Shown in pieces: positions 43,009-52,087 of a stretch of DNA of 52,087 bases (positions are counted from its first letter, which is position 1; every line of letters begins with the position of its first letter). A model generated the notes under the pieces. The model saw nothing but the letters and a program-made list of their open reading frames with translations, did not search any database and had not been told where the DNA came from. The stretch comes from Limnohabitans sp. (GTDB lineage Bacteria > Pseudomonadota > Gammaproteobacteria > Burkholderiales > Burkholderiaceae_C). The stretch spans positions 1-52,087 of the forward strand of contig SHXP01000001.1 in the NCBI GenBank assembly GCA_009693225.1, read 5' to 3'. Position numbers and translations under genes: made by a program.

Positions 43009-44235
43009 ATGAAAAAATACCTACGATTGATATTGGAAATCCTGTTGGGGATTTGCCTGGTGGCGACATCCACCCTGGCCTATTTGAATTACTCAGCGAA
43101 AAAACACCTGGTCGCTGAAGTCGGCGAACTCACCGAACAGCTCGGTGAAGCCAAGGAAGCCCTGGAAAAAGCGCATGAGACAGAGCCCGCAGCGGATGAA
43201 AACGCCGCCGAATCCGGTGGCTCCAGCACCCAGGAACTCGATGCACTGAAAGCCGCCTTCTCCAATGGCATTGTGTTGCAGGACATCGAAGCCCTGTACA
43301 AAGTGCAAAAAGCCTTGAGCGCCGAGCGACAGGTCGGCATGGCTTCTATCCGTTTGCTCACCAAAGGCGCTCAGGACGAGGGCACGGTTGCCGCCTTCCA
43401 GAAAGCACTGGAGATGGCTGAATGGAGCAACCGCTTGCAGACTGTGTGTGCGGCACAAAACGCGCTTGCGGCAGCTGGCCAGAAAGTCAAAGTGCTGTCC
43501 GATTGCAAAAAATCCGCCGAGAAAGAAGAGCCGGCCAAGGACGCACACGGCAAAAAAGGCGACAAATCCTCTGCGGTTCATTGGGGCTATGAAGGCGACA
43601 ACGGTCCCGAACACTGGGGCGACAACTTCCCGGTCTGCGGCACCGGCAAAAAGCAATCCCCACTGAACATCGTCGGTCCGTTTGAAAAGTCCAAGGACGT
43701 GTTGAGTGTGGACTACAAGGAAGGTCCGCTCAAGATGTTCAACAACGGCCACACCATACAAGTGAATGTGGAACCCGGCAGCACCCTGAGCATCAACAAG
43801 GAAAGCTACGACTTGCTGCAATTCCACTTTCACCGGCCGTCTGAAGAACAGGTCGACGGCAAGAACTCTGCCATGGTCGCGCACTTCGTGCACAAGAGCA
43901 AAGACGGAAAGCTGGCCGTCATCGGTGTGCTGCTGAACGAAGGCAAGGACAACCCCGCCATCAAAACCCTGTGGGCCCATCTGCCGCCCAAGGAAGGCGA
44001 AGAGTACCTGCCGGAAAAAGTCAGCTTCAATCCGGCGAACATGCTGCCCAAGGAACTCGGGTTTCACAACTACGAAGGCTCACTGACCACGCCGCCGTGT
44101 ACAGAAGGCGTTCAGTTCTACATCCTGAAAAAGCCGATGGACATTTCCAAGGATCAGGTCGGAAAATTCCCTTACAAGCTCAACGCCCGCCCGGTGCAAA
44201 GCCTCAACGGCCGCAAGATCAACGCCGGCGGCTGA
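43009..44235 (+). CDS. Membrane-anchored alpha-carbonic anhydrase with N-terminal TM, coiled coil and helical domain
   Basis: HWGYEG..GPEHWG, CGTGKKQSP, NNGHTIQV, Zn ligands QFHFH and AHFVH, YEGSLTTPPCTEGV, NARPVQ. Start MKKYLR at 43009. Confidence 0.93.
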   Translation: MKKYLRLILEILLGICLVATSTLAYLNYSAKKHLVAEVGELTEQLGEAKEALEKAHETEPAADENAAESGGSSTQELDALKAAFSNGIVLQDIEALYKVQKALSAERQVGMASIRLLTKGAQDEGTVAAFQKALEMAEWSNRLQTVCAAQNALAAAGQKVKVLSDCKKSAEKEEPAKDAHGKKGDKSSAVHWGYEGDNGPEHWGDNFPVCGTGKKQSPLNIVGPFEKSKDVLSVDYKEGPLKMFNNGHTIQVNVEPGSTLSINKESYDLLQFHFHRPSEEQVDGKNSAMVAHFVHKSKDGKLAVIGVLLNEGKDNPAIKTLWAHLPPKEGEEYLPEKVSFNPANMLPKELGFHNYEGSLTTPPCTEGVQFYILKKPMDISKDQVGKFPYKLNARPVQSLNGRKINAGG

Positions 44236-44257
44236 CACTGAGAGTCCTCTGACGCAC

Positions 44258-44287
44258 AAAAGCCTGCAACGTGTTGCAGGCTTTTTT
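44258..44287. terminator. Bidirectional intrinsic terminator between the carbonic anhydrase gene and ffh
   Basis: AAAAGCCTGCAAC-GT-GTTGCAGGCTTTTTT. Confidence 0.9.
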
Positions 44288-44345
44288 ATGCAAGGAAAAA
44301 GGCTGTCGACCCGTTTGAAGCGGCGTCTGAGTATAACCGCCGTTA

Positions 44346-45719
44346 TCAGCGCGGCATGCCGGGAAAGCCGCCCATGCCTTTCATGCTGCCGAGTTTTTTC
44401 ATCATCTTCATCAAACCGCCGCCGCGCATTTTTTTCATCATGTCCTGCATTTGACCAAATTCGTTCAGCAGACGGTTGACATCGTGGACCTGCACCCCGG
44501 CACCGGCGGCGATGCGGCGCTTGCGCGTGGCCTTTATGATGTCGGGTTTGCTGCGTTCTTGCAGGGTCATGCTGTGGATGATGCCCTGCTTTTTCACCAT
44601 TTCTTTTTCGGCGCGGTTCAAATCCACGTCCCTGGCCTTGGCCGCGATCTGACCGGGCATTTTGTCCATCAGGCTGGACAGTCCACCCATTTGCTTCATC
44701 TGCTGTATCTGCGATAAAAAATCATTCAAGTCAAACCCGTCGCCGCTTTTGAGCTTGGCGGCCATTTTCTGCGCAGCCTCCATGTCGACATTGGCCGTGA
44801 CCTGCTCGACCAGCGCCACGATGTCGCCCATGCCGAGCATGCGCCCGGCGTGGCGTTCGGCATCAAAGGCCTCCAGACCGTCGATTTTTTCACTGGTACC
44901 GGCAAACTTGATGGGCGCACCGGTGATCTGGCGCACCGACAGCGCAGCGCCGCCGCGTGAATCGCCGTCGGTTTTGGTCAGCACGATGCCGGTCAGCGGC
45001 AGCGCTTCCTTGAACGCCTTGGCGGTATTGATGGCATCCTGACCCAGCATGGCGTCGACCACGAACAAGGTTTCCACCGGATGCACCGCTGCGTGCAAGG
45101 CACGGATCTCGTTCATCAAGGCTTGGTCAATCGCAAGCCGGCCGGCGGTGTCTATCAGCAGCACATCAAAATAATGCTTGCGGGCATAGTCAATCGCAGC
45201 CAAGGCAATCTCAACCGGTTTTTGCCCGGCATCGCTTGCAAACCATTCGACACCCGCTTGTGCCGTCACACTTTTCAATTGTTCGATCGCAGCCGGCCGG
45301 TACACGTCAACCGATACGGTCAACACTTTTTTCTTGCGTCTGGTGATCAGGTGTCTGGCCAACTTGGCCGTGGTGGTGGTTTTACCGGCGCCTTGCAAAC
45401 CCGCCATCAGAATGACCGCAGGCGGTTGTGCCGCCAGATTGATGTCGGCCACGCCTTCGCCCATGGTGGCGCTGAGTTCGCGCTGCACGATGCTGACCAG
45501 CACCTGTCCCGGCGTCAGTGAGCCTATGACTTCCTGACCCAGCGCCTTGTCCTTGACGCGGGCAATGAAATCCCGCACCACCGGCAGCGCCACGTCGGCT
45601 TCTAACAAAGCCATGCGCACCTCGCGCAACATATCGGCCACATTGGATTCGGTGATGCGGGCCTGGCCGCTGATCTGGCGAACCAGGCGCGAGAGTTTGT
45701 CGCTGAGTGTGCTTGCCAT
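44346..45719 (-). CDS. ffh: Signal recognition particle protein Ffh
   Basis: VRMALLEADVALPVV, GLQGAGKTT, DTAGR, TKTDGDSRGGAALS, Met-rich M domain. Confidence 0.98.
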   Translation of the reverse strand: MASTLSDKLSRLVRQISGQARITESNVADMLREVRMALLEADVALPVVRDFIARVKDKALGQEVIGSLTPGQVLVSIVQRELSATMGEGVADINLAAQPPAVILMAGLQGAGKTTTTAKLARHLITRRKKKVLTVSVDVYRPAAIEQLKSVTAQAGVEWFASDAGQKPVEIALAAIDYARKHYFDVLLIDTAGRLAIDQALMNEIRALHAAVHPVETLFVVDAMLGQDAINTAKAFKEALPLTGIVLTKTDGDSRGGAALSVRQITGAPIKFAGTSEKIDGLEAFDAERHAGRMLGMGDIVALVEQVTANVDMEAAQKMAAKLKSGDGFDLNDFLSQIQQMKQMGGLSSLMDKMPGQIAAKARDVDLNRAEKEMVKKQGIIHSMTLQERSKPDIIKATRKRRIAAGAGVQVHDVNRLLNEFGQMQDMMKKMRGGGLMKMMKKLGSMKGMGGFPGMPR

Positions 45720-45789
45720 CGTCAATACCTTGCCATCAAACTTGCTAAAAGAAAAAACCGGATCGCTGGCGAAACGCTAAACTGTTCAC

Positions 45790-46602
45790 ATGATTGTATT
45801 CATCGCATCTCACTTCAGTCTGGTATGGGGCTTGCTGGCCGCCACAGCGTATGCGCTCGGGGGCTTGTTCGGCGGCCGTTTATCGGCACAGCAAAGCCGC
45901 AATTACCTGTGGCTGATTTCCCTGTTCCACGGGCTGAGTGTGATTGCCAGCCTGATTCCGGCTGACAATGAGCTCGCACATTTCGGCTTTGCCGCAGCCT
46001 TGTCGGCGACGTCATGGCTGGTGCTGCTGGTCTACACCGTCGAGCACCATTGGTTCCCGCAAATGCAGACCCGCTGGCTGATGTCCGGGGCAGGCATGGT
46101 GGCCGTCTTACTGCCTTTGCTGTTTCCAGGCCATGCCTTGCATAGTACTTCTTCGGCCTGGCTGCCTTTTCACTGGATGCTGGGCATGGCCTCGTACGCC
46201 TTGTTTGCCGCGGCAGTGGTGCATGCCAGCCTGATGAGCCGGGCGGAACGGCAGATGCGCATGGGCGCGGTTGACACCACCGGCCTGCCCTTGCTCACGC
46301 TGGAACGCCTGACTTTCCGCTTCGTCAACATCGGCTTTCTTCTGCTCAGCGCCACCTTGCTGGCCGGCTGGCTGTTCGGCGAGCAACTCTACGGTCCTGA
46401 CAAGGCTTTGCGCTTTGACCACAAAACGCTGTTCGCCGTTCTTGCATGGCTGGTGTTTCTGCTGCTGATCTGGGGACGGCGCTACCGGGGCTGGCGCGGG
46501 GCGCCGGCGGTTCGCACGCTTTACGCCGGCGCGGCCCTGCTGTTGCTGTCCTACGCCGGTTCGCGTTTTGTCACCGAAGTCTTTTTAAACCGCACTTCAT
46601 GA
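45790..46602 (+). CDS. Cytochrome c assembly family inner membrane protein (YpjD/CcsA-like)
   Basis: Multi-TM; LPLLTLERLTF, DHKTLF, GWRG, YAGSRFVTEV; divergent from ffh as in the conserved locus. Confidence 0.9.
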   Translation: MIVFIASHFSLVWGLLAATAYALGGLFGGRLSAQQSRNYLWLISLFHGLSVIASLIPADNELAHFGFAAALSATSWLVLLVYTVEHHWFPQMQTRWLMSGAGMVAVLLPLLFPGHALHSTSSAWLPFHWMLGMASYALFAAAVVHASLMSRAERQMRMGAVDTTGLPLLTLERLTFRFVNIGFLLLSATLLAGWLFGEQLYGPDKALRFDHKTLFAVLAWLVFLLLIWGRRYRGWRGAPAVRTLYAGAALLLLSYAGSRFVTEVFLNRTS

Positions 46603-46820
46603 AATACCTGATCCTGCTAGGTGTAGTGTTCGCAGTGATCTGGTGGATCAAACTCAGTCGCCCGGCAACGCCCGCTGACAAAACGTCCACGGCCACCGAT
46701 GGTCCACAGAACATGGTGCGTTGCGCACATTGCGGGCTGCATCTGCCGGACAACGAGGCAGTGCTCTCTCGCAACACGGCGTATTGCAGCGAAGCACACC
46801 GTGTGCTGGCAGAATCCTGA
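46599..46820 (+). CDS. PP0621-family small membrane protein
   Basis: MKYLILLGVVFAVIWW...MVRCAHCGLHLP..EA......YCSEAH; ATGA overlap with the upstream gene. Confidence 0.85.
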   Translation: MKYLILLGVVFAVIWWIKLSRPATPADKTSTATDGPQNMVRCAHCGLHLPDNEAVLSRNTAYCSEAHRVLAES

Positions 46821-46823
46821 AGC

Positions 46824-47396
46824 ATGAGCCGGCGACCTGTCTGGCATCAGGGCCGGTACCGCTTTGCCCATGCCGTTGCTTCGCCGAATTTCGGACCGCG
46901 CCCGGCGGCAACCGGTATTGATCTGCTGGTGATACACGCCATCAGCCTGCCGCCGGGCATCTACGGCGGCGACTATGTGCAGGATTTTTTCACCAACCGG
47001 CTTGACCACCATGCTCACCCTTACTTTGAGACATTGAGGGATGTGAAGGTATCGGCGCACTTTTATGTGCGCCGTGGCGGCGAGTTGATGCAGTTTGTCA
47101 GCTGTGATGATCGCGCCTGGCACGCCGGTGCATCCATTTACGCCGGACGCAGCAACTGCAACGACTTTTCCATCGGCATTGAACTCGAGGGACTGGACGG
47201 TGACACATTCAGTCGCGAACAATACGAATGTTTGATTGCGCTGGTGCCTATGCTGGCGCAGCAATACCCGCTCAAACACATTTGCGGTCACGAGCATATC
47301 GCGCCCGACAGAAAAAAAGATCCCGGAGAAGGTTTTTCATGGCCTGTTTTGCAAGCCGCACTGGGCTGGAGTGATGAATTTTTTTCTGTCAAGTGA
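46824..47396 (+). CDS. ampD: 1,6-anhydro-N-acetylmuramyl-L-alanine amidase AmpD
   Basis: SPNFGPRP, IHAISLPPG, VSAHF, RAWHAG.S, CNDFSIGIELEG, GHEHIAP.RK.DPG. Confidence 0.96.
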   Translation: MSRRPVWHQGRYRFAHAVASPNFGPRPAATGIDLLVIHAISLPPGIYGGDYVQDFFTNRLDHHAHPYFETLRDVKVSAHFYVRRGGELMQFVSCDDRAWHAGASIYAGRSNCNDFSIGIELEGLDGDTFSREQYECLIALVPMLAQQYPLKHICGHEHIAPDRKKDPGEGFSWPVLQAALGWSDEFFSVK

Positions 47397-47493
47397 CAAA
47401 ATTCAACAATAATTTTTAAAGAAGTTAACGCTAAATACAGCAGATTTCCAGTGAACTGCTCAATACCTCTGATATTTTGATAAAATTTACCAA

Positions 47494-47541
47494 ACACTAC
47501 ACGTAGTGTGTTGAAAAGAGTTTCGACCCCATATATAGTGT
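47494..47541. promoter_or_regulatory. Two NrdR boxes overlapping a sigma70 promoter of nrdA
   Basis: ACACTACACGTAGTGT (47494-47509) and ACCCCATATATAGTGT (47526-47541), 32 bp apart; TTGAAA-N17-TATAGT at 47511-47539. Confidence 0.88.
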
Positions 47542-47636
47542 GGGCTGTGCACATATGGAAAACGCTGGCGATCATGCTTGCAGGTCCATTATTAAAAGTT
47601 AACCAAAGCATTCACGCCCCACAGGATCACCATAAG

Positions 47637-50555
47637 ATGCAAATTGCTGCCAACCCGACGGATGTCGCTGCATTCCTCAAACCTGCTGATGCCCAAGTCT
47701 CCAGTACCTTTTCACTGAACTCGATTCTCAGCCAATACCAGATCATCCGCCGCAACGGCGCGGTGGTTCCTTTCGAACCCGCCAAGATCGCCGTGGCTAT
47801 GATGAAAGCTTTTCTGGCAGTGCACGGCGCCCAGGGCGCTGCCTCGTCCAGCGTACGCGAAACCGTCGATCAACTCACACAGGCTGTGGTGCGTGCCCTC
47901 ATGCGCTCGCGTCCGGGCGGCGGCACCTTTCATATTGAAGATGTTCAAGACCAGGTCGAACTCGGCCTCATGCGCGGCAGCTACCACGAAGTCGCCCGCG
48001 CCTACGTCCTGTACCGCGAACGCCGTTCGCAGGAACGCGCCGCGCAAAAGGAAACCGCGGTCAGCAACGAACCTGTTCTGCATGTCCTGCTCGACGGTGC
48101 TCGCGTTGCGCTTGACACTGCGCGTCTGCGTCAGCTGATTGATGCCGCCTGCGAAAATCTGGGGCCTGATGTCTCAGCCGCGCCTATCCTCAACGAAATC
48201 ATGCGCAACCTGTACGACGGCATCCCCATGGAAGAAGTGCACAAGGCTTCGGTGCTGGCGGCGCGCACCATGATCGAAAAAGAACCCGGTTACAGCTTTG
48301 CCACAGCACGGCTGCTGATGTATTCCATCACCAAGGAGGTGCTGGGCCAGGAAGCCACCCATGCTGAAATGGGTCAGCATTACCTGAATACTTTCGCAGG
48401 CTTTTTGGAAAAAGGCGTTGGCCACGAACTGCTCGACCCCAAGCTGCTGCAATTCGATTTGACGCGTCTGGCGCAGGCCATCAAGCCCGAAAGAGATTTC
48501 CAGTTCGATTACCTCGGTCTGCAAACCCTGTACGACCGCTATTTCCTGCATGTGAACAAACAGCGCATTGAGTTGCCGCAGTCCTTTTTCATGCGCGTGG
48601 CCATGGGTCTGGCGCTCAACGAAGTCAACCGTGAAGACCGTGCCATCGATTTCTACGAGGTGCTGTCCTCATTTGATTTCATGTCCAGCACGCCCACGCT
48701 GTTCAACAGCGGCACCACCCGTCCCCAGCTCTCGAGCTGCTACCTGACCACCGTGCCCGACGACCTGGATGGCATTTACGAATCGATCAAGGAAAACGCC
48801 TTGTTGTCCAAATTCGCCGGCGGCCTGGGCAATGACTGGACACGCGTGCGTGCCCTGGGCAGCCATATCAAAGGCACCAACGGCGAATCGCAAGGTGTCG
48901 TACCTTTCCTCAAAGTGGTGAACGACACGGCTGTCGCTGTCAACCAGGGCGGCAAGCGCAAAGGCGCGGTCTGCACCTACCTGGAAACCTGGCACCTGGA
49001 CATCGAAGAGTTTCTGGAGCTGCGCAAGAACACCGGCGACGACCGCCGCCGCACACACGACATGAACACGGCCAACTGGATTCCCGACCTGTTCATGCGC
49101 CGCGTCATGGATAAAGGCGAGTGGACCTTGTTCTCACCGTCCAACACGCCCGATTTGCACGACAAGTTCGGTGCTGATTTTGAAAAGGCCTACTCCGACT
49201 ACGAAGCCCAGGCGCGCCAAGGCCTGATCAAACCCAGCAAAACCGTTCAGGCTACCGACTTGTGGCGCAAGATGCTGACCATGCTGTTTGAAACCGGCCA
49301 TCCCTGGATCACTTTCAAGGACGCCTGTAATGTGCGTTCGCCGCAGCAGCACTCAGGCGTGGTGCACTCTTCCAACCTGTGTACCGAAATCACCCTCAAC
49401 ACCAGCGACACCGAAACCGCTGTCTGCAACCTCGGCTCGGTCAATCTGGTGCGCCACCTCAAGGACGGCGCCAATGGCAAGGAACTCGACCACGACAAAC
49501 TCAAGCGCACCATCACCACCGCCATGCGCATGCTCGACAACGTGATCGATATCAATTACTACGCGGTCAAAAAAGCCCGCGACTCCAACCTGCGCCACCG
49601 CCCGGTGGGTCTGGGCATCATGGCTTTCCAGGACAGCTTGTACGAGCAACAAGTCCCCTATGCGTCGCAAGCTGCGGTTGAATTTGCCGACCGCTCCATG
49701 GAAGCGATCTGCTATTACGCCTACTGGGCCTCCACCGAACTGGCGCGCGAACGCGGCCGTTATTCCACCTACAAAGGCTCGCTGTGGGAGCAAGGCATAT
49801 TGCCGCTGGACACCCTGAACCTGCTGGAAAAATCACGTGGCGGCTATATTGAAGTCGACCGCAGCGCCACCCTGGACTGGGATGCCTTGCGCCGCAAAAT
49901 CACCTATGACGGCATGCGCAACTCCAATTGCGTGGCCATCGCGCCCACTGCCACCATCTCCAACATCGTCGGTGTGGATGCGTCCATCGAACCCTGCTTC
50001 GGCAACCTGTCGGTCAAATCCAATCTGTCCGGCGAGTTCACCATCATCAATGCCTACCTCGTGCGCGACCTCAAGCGACTCGGTTTGTGGGACGACGTCA
50101 TGGTCATGGACCTCAAGCATTTCGACGGCTCACTGCGCCCGATCGACAGGGTGCCGCAAGACCTCAAGACCATGTACGCCACTGCTTTTGAAGTCGAGAC
50201 GCAATGGCTGGTTGAAGCTGCGGCACGCCGCCAGAAGTGGATAGACCAGGCGCAGTCACTCAACATCTACATGGCCGGCGCCTCAGGCAAAAAGCTTGAC
50301 GAGACCTACAAACTCGCCTGGCTGCGCGGTCTCAAGACCACGTACTACCTGCGCACCACCAGCGCCACGCAAGCCGAGAAGTCCACTGTGAATGCCGGTT
50401 CGCACAATGCGGTGTCTGCCGGCGGCACACGTGGTGGACTCAGTGCCATGGAAATGGCGGCCGCCGCTGCGCGCGCACAAATGATGTCTGACACACCCGC
50501 CACCGATGTGAAATTCTGCGGCGTCAACGACCCGACCTGCGAAGCCTGTCAATAA
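47637..50555 (+). CDS. nrdA: Ribonucleotide reductase class Ia alpha subunit (two ATP-cone regions)
   Basis: STPTLFNSG..RPQLSSC, SNLCTEI, CNLGS.N, APTATIS, GLKTTYYLR, C-terminal CEACQ. Start placed at ATG 47637, downstream of the promoter. Confidence 0.98.
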   Translation: MQIAANPTDVAAFLKPADAQVSSTFSLNSILSQYQIIRRNGAVVPFEPAKIAVAMMKAFLAVHGAQGAASSSVRETVDQLTQAVVRALMRSRPGGGTFHIEDVQDQVELGLMRGSYHEVARAYVLYRERRSQERAAQKETAVSNEPVLHVLLDGARVALDTARLRQLIDAACENLGPDVSAAPILNEIMRNLYDGIPMEEVHKASVLAARTMIEKEPGYSFATARLLMYSITKEVLGQEATHAEMGQHYLNTFAGFLEKGVGHELLDPKLLQFDLTRLAQAIKPERDFQFDYLGLQTLYDRYFLHVNKQRIELPQSFFMRVAMGLALNEVNREDRAIDFYEVLSSFDFMSSTPTLFNSGTTRPQLSSCYLTTVPDDLDGIYESIKENALLSKFAGGLGNDWTRVRALGSHIKGTNGESQGVVPFLKVVNDTAVAVNQGGKRKGAVCTYLETWHLDIEEFLELRKNTGDDRRRTHDMNTANWIPDLFMRRVMDKGEWTLFSPSNTPDLHDKFGADFEKAYSDYEAQARQGLIKPSKTVQATDLWRKMLTMLFETGHPWITFKDACNVRSPQQHSGVVHSSNLCTEITLNTSDTETAVCNLGSVNLVRHLKDGANGKELDHDKLKRTITTAMRMLDNVIDINYYAVKKARDSNLRHRPVGLGIMAFQDSLYEQQVPYASQAAVEFADRSMEAICYYAYWASTELARERGRYSTYKGSLWEQGILPLDTLNLLEKSRGGYIEVDRSATLDWDALRRKITYDGMRNSNCVAIAPTATISNIVGVDASIEPCFGNLSVKSNLSGEFTIINAYLVRDLKRLGLWDDVMVMDLKHFDGSLRPIDRVPQDLKTMYATAFEVETQWLVEAAARRQKWIDQAQSLNIYMAGASGKKLDETYKLAWLRGLKTTYYLRTTSATQAEKSTVNAGSHNAVSAGGTRGGLSAMEMAAAAARAQMMSDTPATDVKFCGVNDPTCEACQ

Positions 50556-50689
50556 ACAAACCGCACAGACAGCCATACCGGTTGCCTGTGTATTCGATGC
50601 AATTCAACAACAAAGATCTGCGCTTTTGTGAATGAACACTTTGCGTTTGACTCACGAGAGCAGATAATCAGAAAGATGGAATTAACTAT

Positions 50690-51889
50690 ATGTTGACCTG
50701 GGAAGAAGAAGCCAAACCCCAAACGCCTGCCAGCGTAATTCTCGGTGACCTACAGAATCACCTGTCTCTGCCACCCTCTTCTATCAGCTCTGCCAAGCAC
50801 ATGCTCAATGACGGCGCTGTGCTGGCAGCTCCCATGCCCGCCGACTCCCGCGCTTTTACCTCAGGCAGCGGCGGCCGCGTCAACGCTGCCGACAAGCGCA
50901 TCATCAACGGACAGACCGACGTCAACCAACTGGTGCCGTTCAAATACAAATGGGCCTGGGAAAAATACCTGGCTACCTGCGCCAACCACTGGATGCCGCA
51001 GGAAGTCAATATGACGCGCGACATCGCCCTGTGGAAAGACCCCAACGGCCTGACCGAAGACGAACGCCGTATCGTCAAGCGCAATCTGGGCTTTTTTGTG
51101 ACTGCGGATTCGCTCGCCGCCAACAACATCGTGCTGGGCACTTACCGCCATATCACCGCGCCCGAGTGCCGTCAGTTTTTGTTACGCCAGGCGTTTGAAG
51201 AAGCCATTCACACCCACGCCTACCAGTACATCGTCGAATCGCTGGGTCTGGACGAAAGCGAAATCTTCAATGCCTACCAGGAAATCCAATCCATACGCGA
51301 CAAAGACCAGTTCCTGATCCCCTTCATTGAAGCCATCATGGATCCGCATTTCCATACAGGCACACCCGAAAATGATCAGACACTGCTGAAGTCGCTCATC
51401 GTGTTCGCCTGCCTGATGGAAGGCTTGTTCTTTTACGTCGGCTTCACCCAGATTCTGGCGCTCGGCCGCCAGAACAAAATGACCGGTGCGGCAGAACAGT
51501 ACCAGTACATACTGCGCGATGAGTCCATGCATTGCAATTTCGGCATCGATCTGATCAACCAACTCAAACTCGAAAACCCGCACTTGTGGACAACAGAGTT
51601 CAAAGCCGACATCAATGCCTTGTTTCACAAAGCCGTCGAACTCGAATACCGTTATGCCGAAGACACCATGCCCCGCGGCGTGCTCGGCATGAACGCTTCC
51701 ATGTTCAAGGGCTATCTGCGCTATATCGCCAACCGCCGCGCCACGCAGATCGGGCTTGAGACTTTGTTTCCGAATGAAGAAAACCCGTTCCCCTGGATGA
51801 GCGAAATGATCGATCTGAAAAAAGAACGCAATTTCTTTGAAACCCGTGTCATCGAGTACCAGACCGGCGGCGCGCTGTCCTGGGATTGA
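50690..51889 (+). CDS. nrdB: Ribonucleotide reductase class Ia beta subunit
   Basis: [20 protein letters not shown] (radical Tyr present), MEGLFFY, RDESMH, NFFETRV.EY. Confidence 0.98.
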   Translation: MLTWEEEAKPQTPASVILGDLQNHLSLPPSSISSAKHMLNDGAVLAAPMPADSRAFTSGSGGRVNAADKRIINGQTDVNQLVPFKYKWAWEKYLATCANHWMPQEVNMTRDIALWKDPNGLTEDERRIVKRNLGFFVTADSLAANNIVLGTYRHITAPECRQFLLRQAFEEAIHTHAYQYIVESLGLDESEIFNAYQEIQSIRDKDQFLIPFIEAIMDPHFHTGTPENDQTLLKSLIVFACLMEGLFFYVGFTQILALGRQNKMTGAAEQYQYILRDESMHCNFGIDLINQLKLENPHLWTTEFKADINALFHKAVELEYRYAEDTMPRGVLGMNASMFKGYLRYIANRRATQIGLETLFPNEENPFPWMSEMIDLKKERNFFETRVIEYQTGGALSWD

Positions 51890-52069
51890 AACTGAGATGA
51901 CCTGCATTTGCTCCTCACCCGCGCAACGATTGCCCTTGGCAAGCCTGCGCTCAGGAGCACAACCCGTTCATGGTGTTGAACCCCGGTTCAGCACCATGAA
52001 TCACTTGGGCTGCAAATACCAAGTGTTTTTAAACCAACGATCTAAGATCTTGATCTAGGAGAGTATCTA

Positions 52070-52087
52070 ATGGCAACTGCAAAAAAA
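52070..52087 (+). CDS. Start of a probable histone H1-like Lys/Ala-rich protein (partial)
   Basis: AGGAGAG SD then MATAKK at the window edge; only six codons are visible. Confidence 0.45.

Noticed and set aside
47508-47636. N-terminal extension of NrdA in the ORF track
   Set aside because: It overlaps the sigma70 promoter and NrdR boxes, so ATG 47637 is the more plausible start.
47637-51889. Two ATP cones in NrdA as a novelty, or a non-Ia class for NrdB
   Set aside because: Tandem ATP cones are known (Pseudomonas aeruginosa-type NrdA), and NrdB keeps the Asp ligand and radical Tyr of class Ia.
1-52087. CRISPR arrays, tRNA/rRNA genes, IS elements, prophage or defence systems
   Set aside because: No regularly spaced repeats, RNA gene signatures, transposases or integrases were seen; nearly all sequence is accounted for by CDSs.

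Overview
Positions 1-40915 hold a large flagellar gene cluster of the polar, sigma54/FleQ-FliA type. It includes two flagellins, flaG, fliD, flgLKJIHGFEDCB, a LysM-lytic transglycosylase, flgAMN, flgP-flgT-like genes with a LysM protein, a FliK-like protein and a stand-alone FlhB-C protein, fleQ, motAB, fliS, fliA-flhG-flhF-flhA and fliKLMN. From 41007 onward lies a housekeeping backbone that looks betaproteobacterial (Comamonadaceae-like, by inference): miaB, a cupin, an alpha-carbonic anhydrase, ffh, ypjD/ccsA, a PP0621-type gene, ampD, nrdAB and the start of a probable histone H1-like gene. Three clear sigma54 promoters, a shared CGGCAA-N4-TTKCCR enhancer-like palindrome, about eight sigma28 promoter matches and two NrdR boxes can be read from the DNA. 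The most unusual signals are: (i) greatly enlarged axial proteins, with one ~85-115 aa module repeated 4x in FlgE (1404 aa) and 2x in FliD; (ii) a phage-virion-like domain inserted in FlgK; (iii) a divergent, opposite-strand second flagellin; (iv) an unknown 72-aa protein and a membrane-anchored carbonic anhydrase, each behind a sigma28-type promoter; (v) a FleQ-like activator with no regulatory domain. All family calls come from motif recognition by eye; no database search was run.
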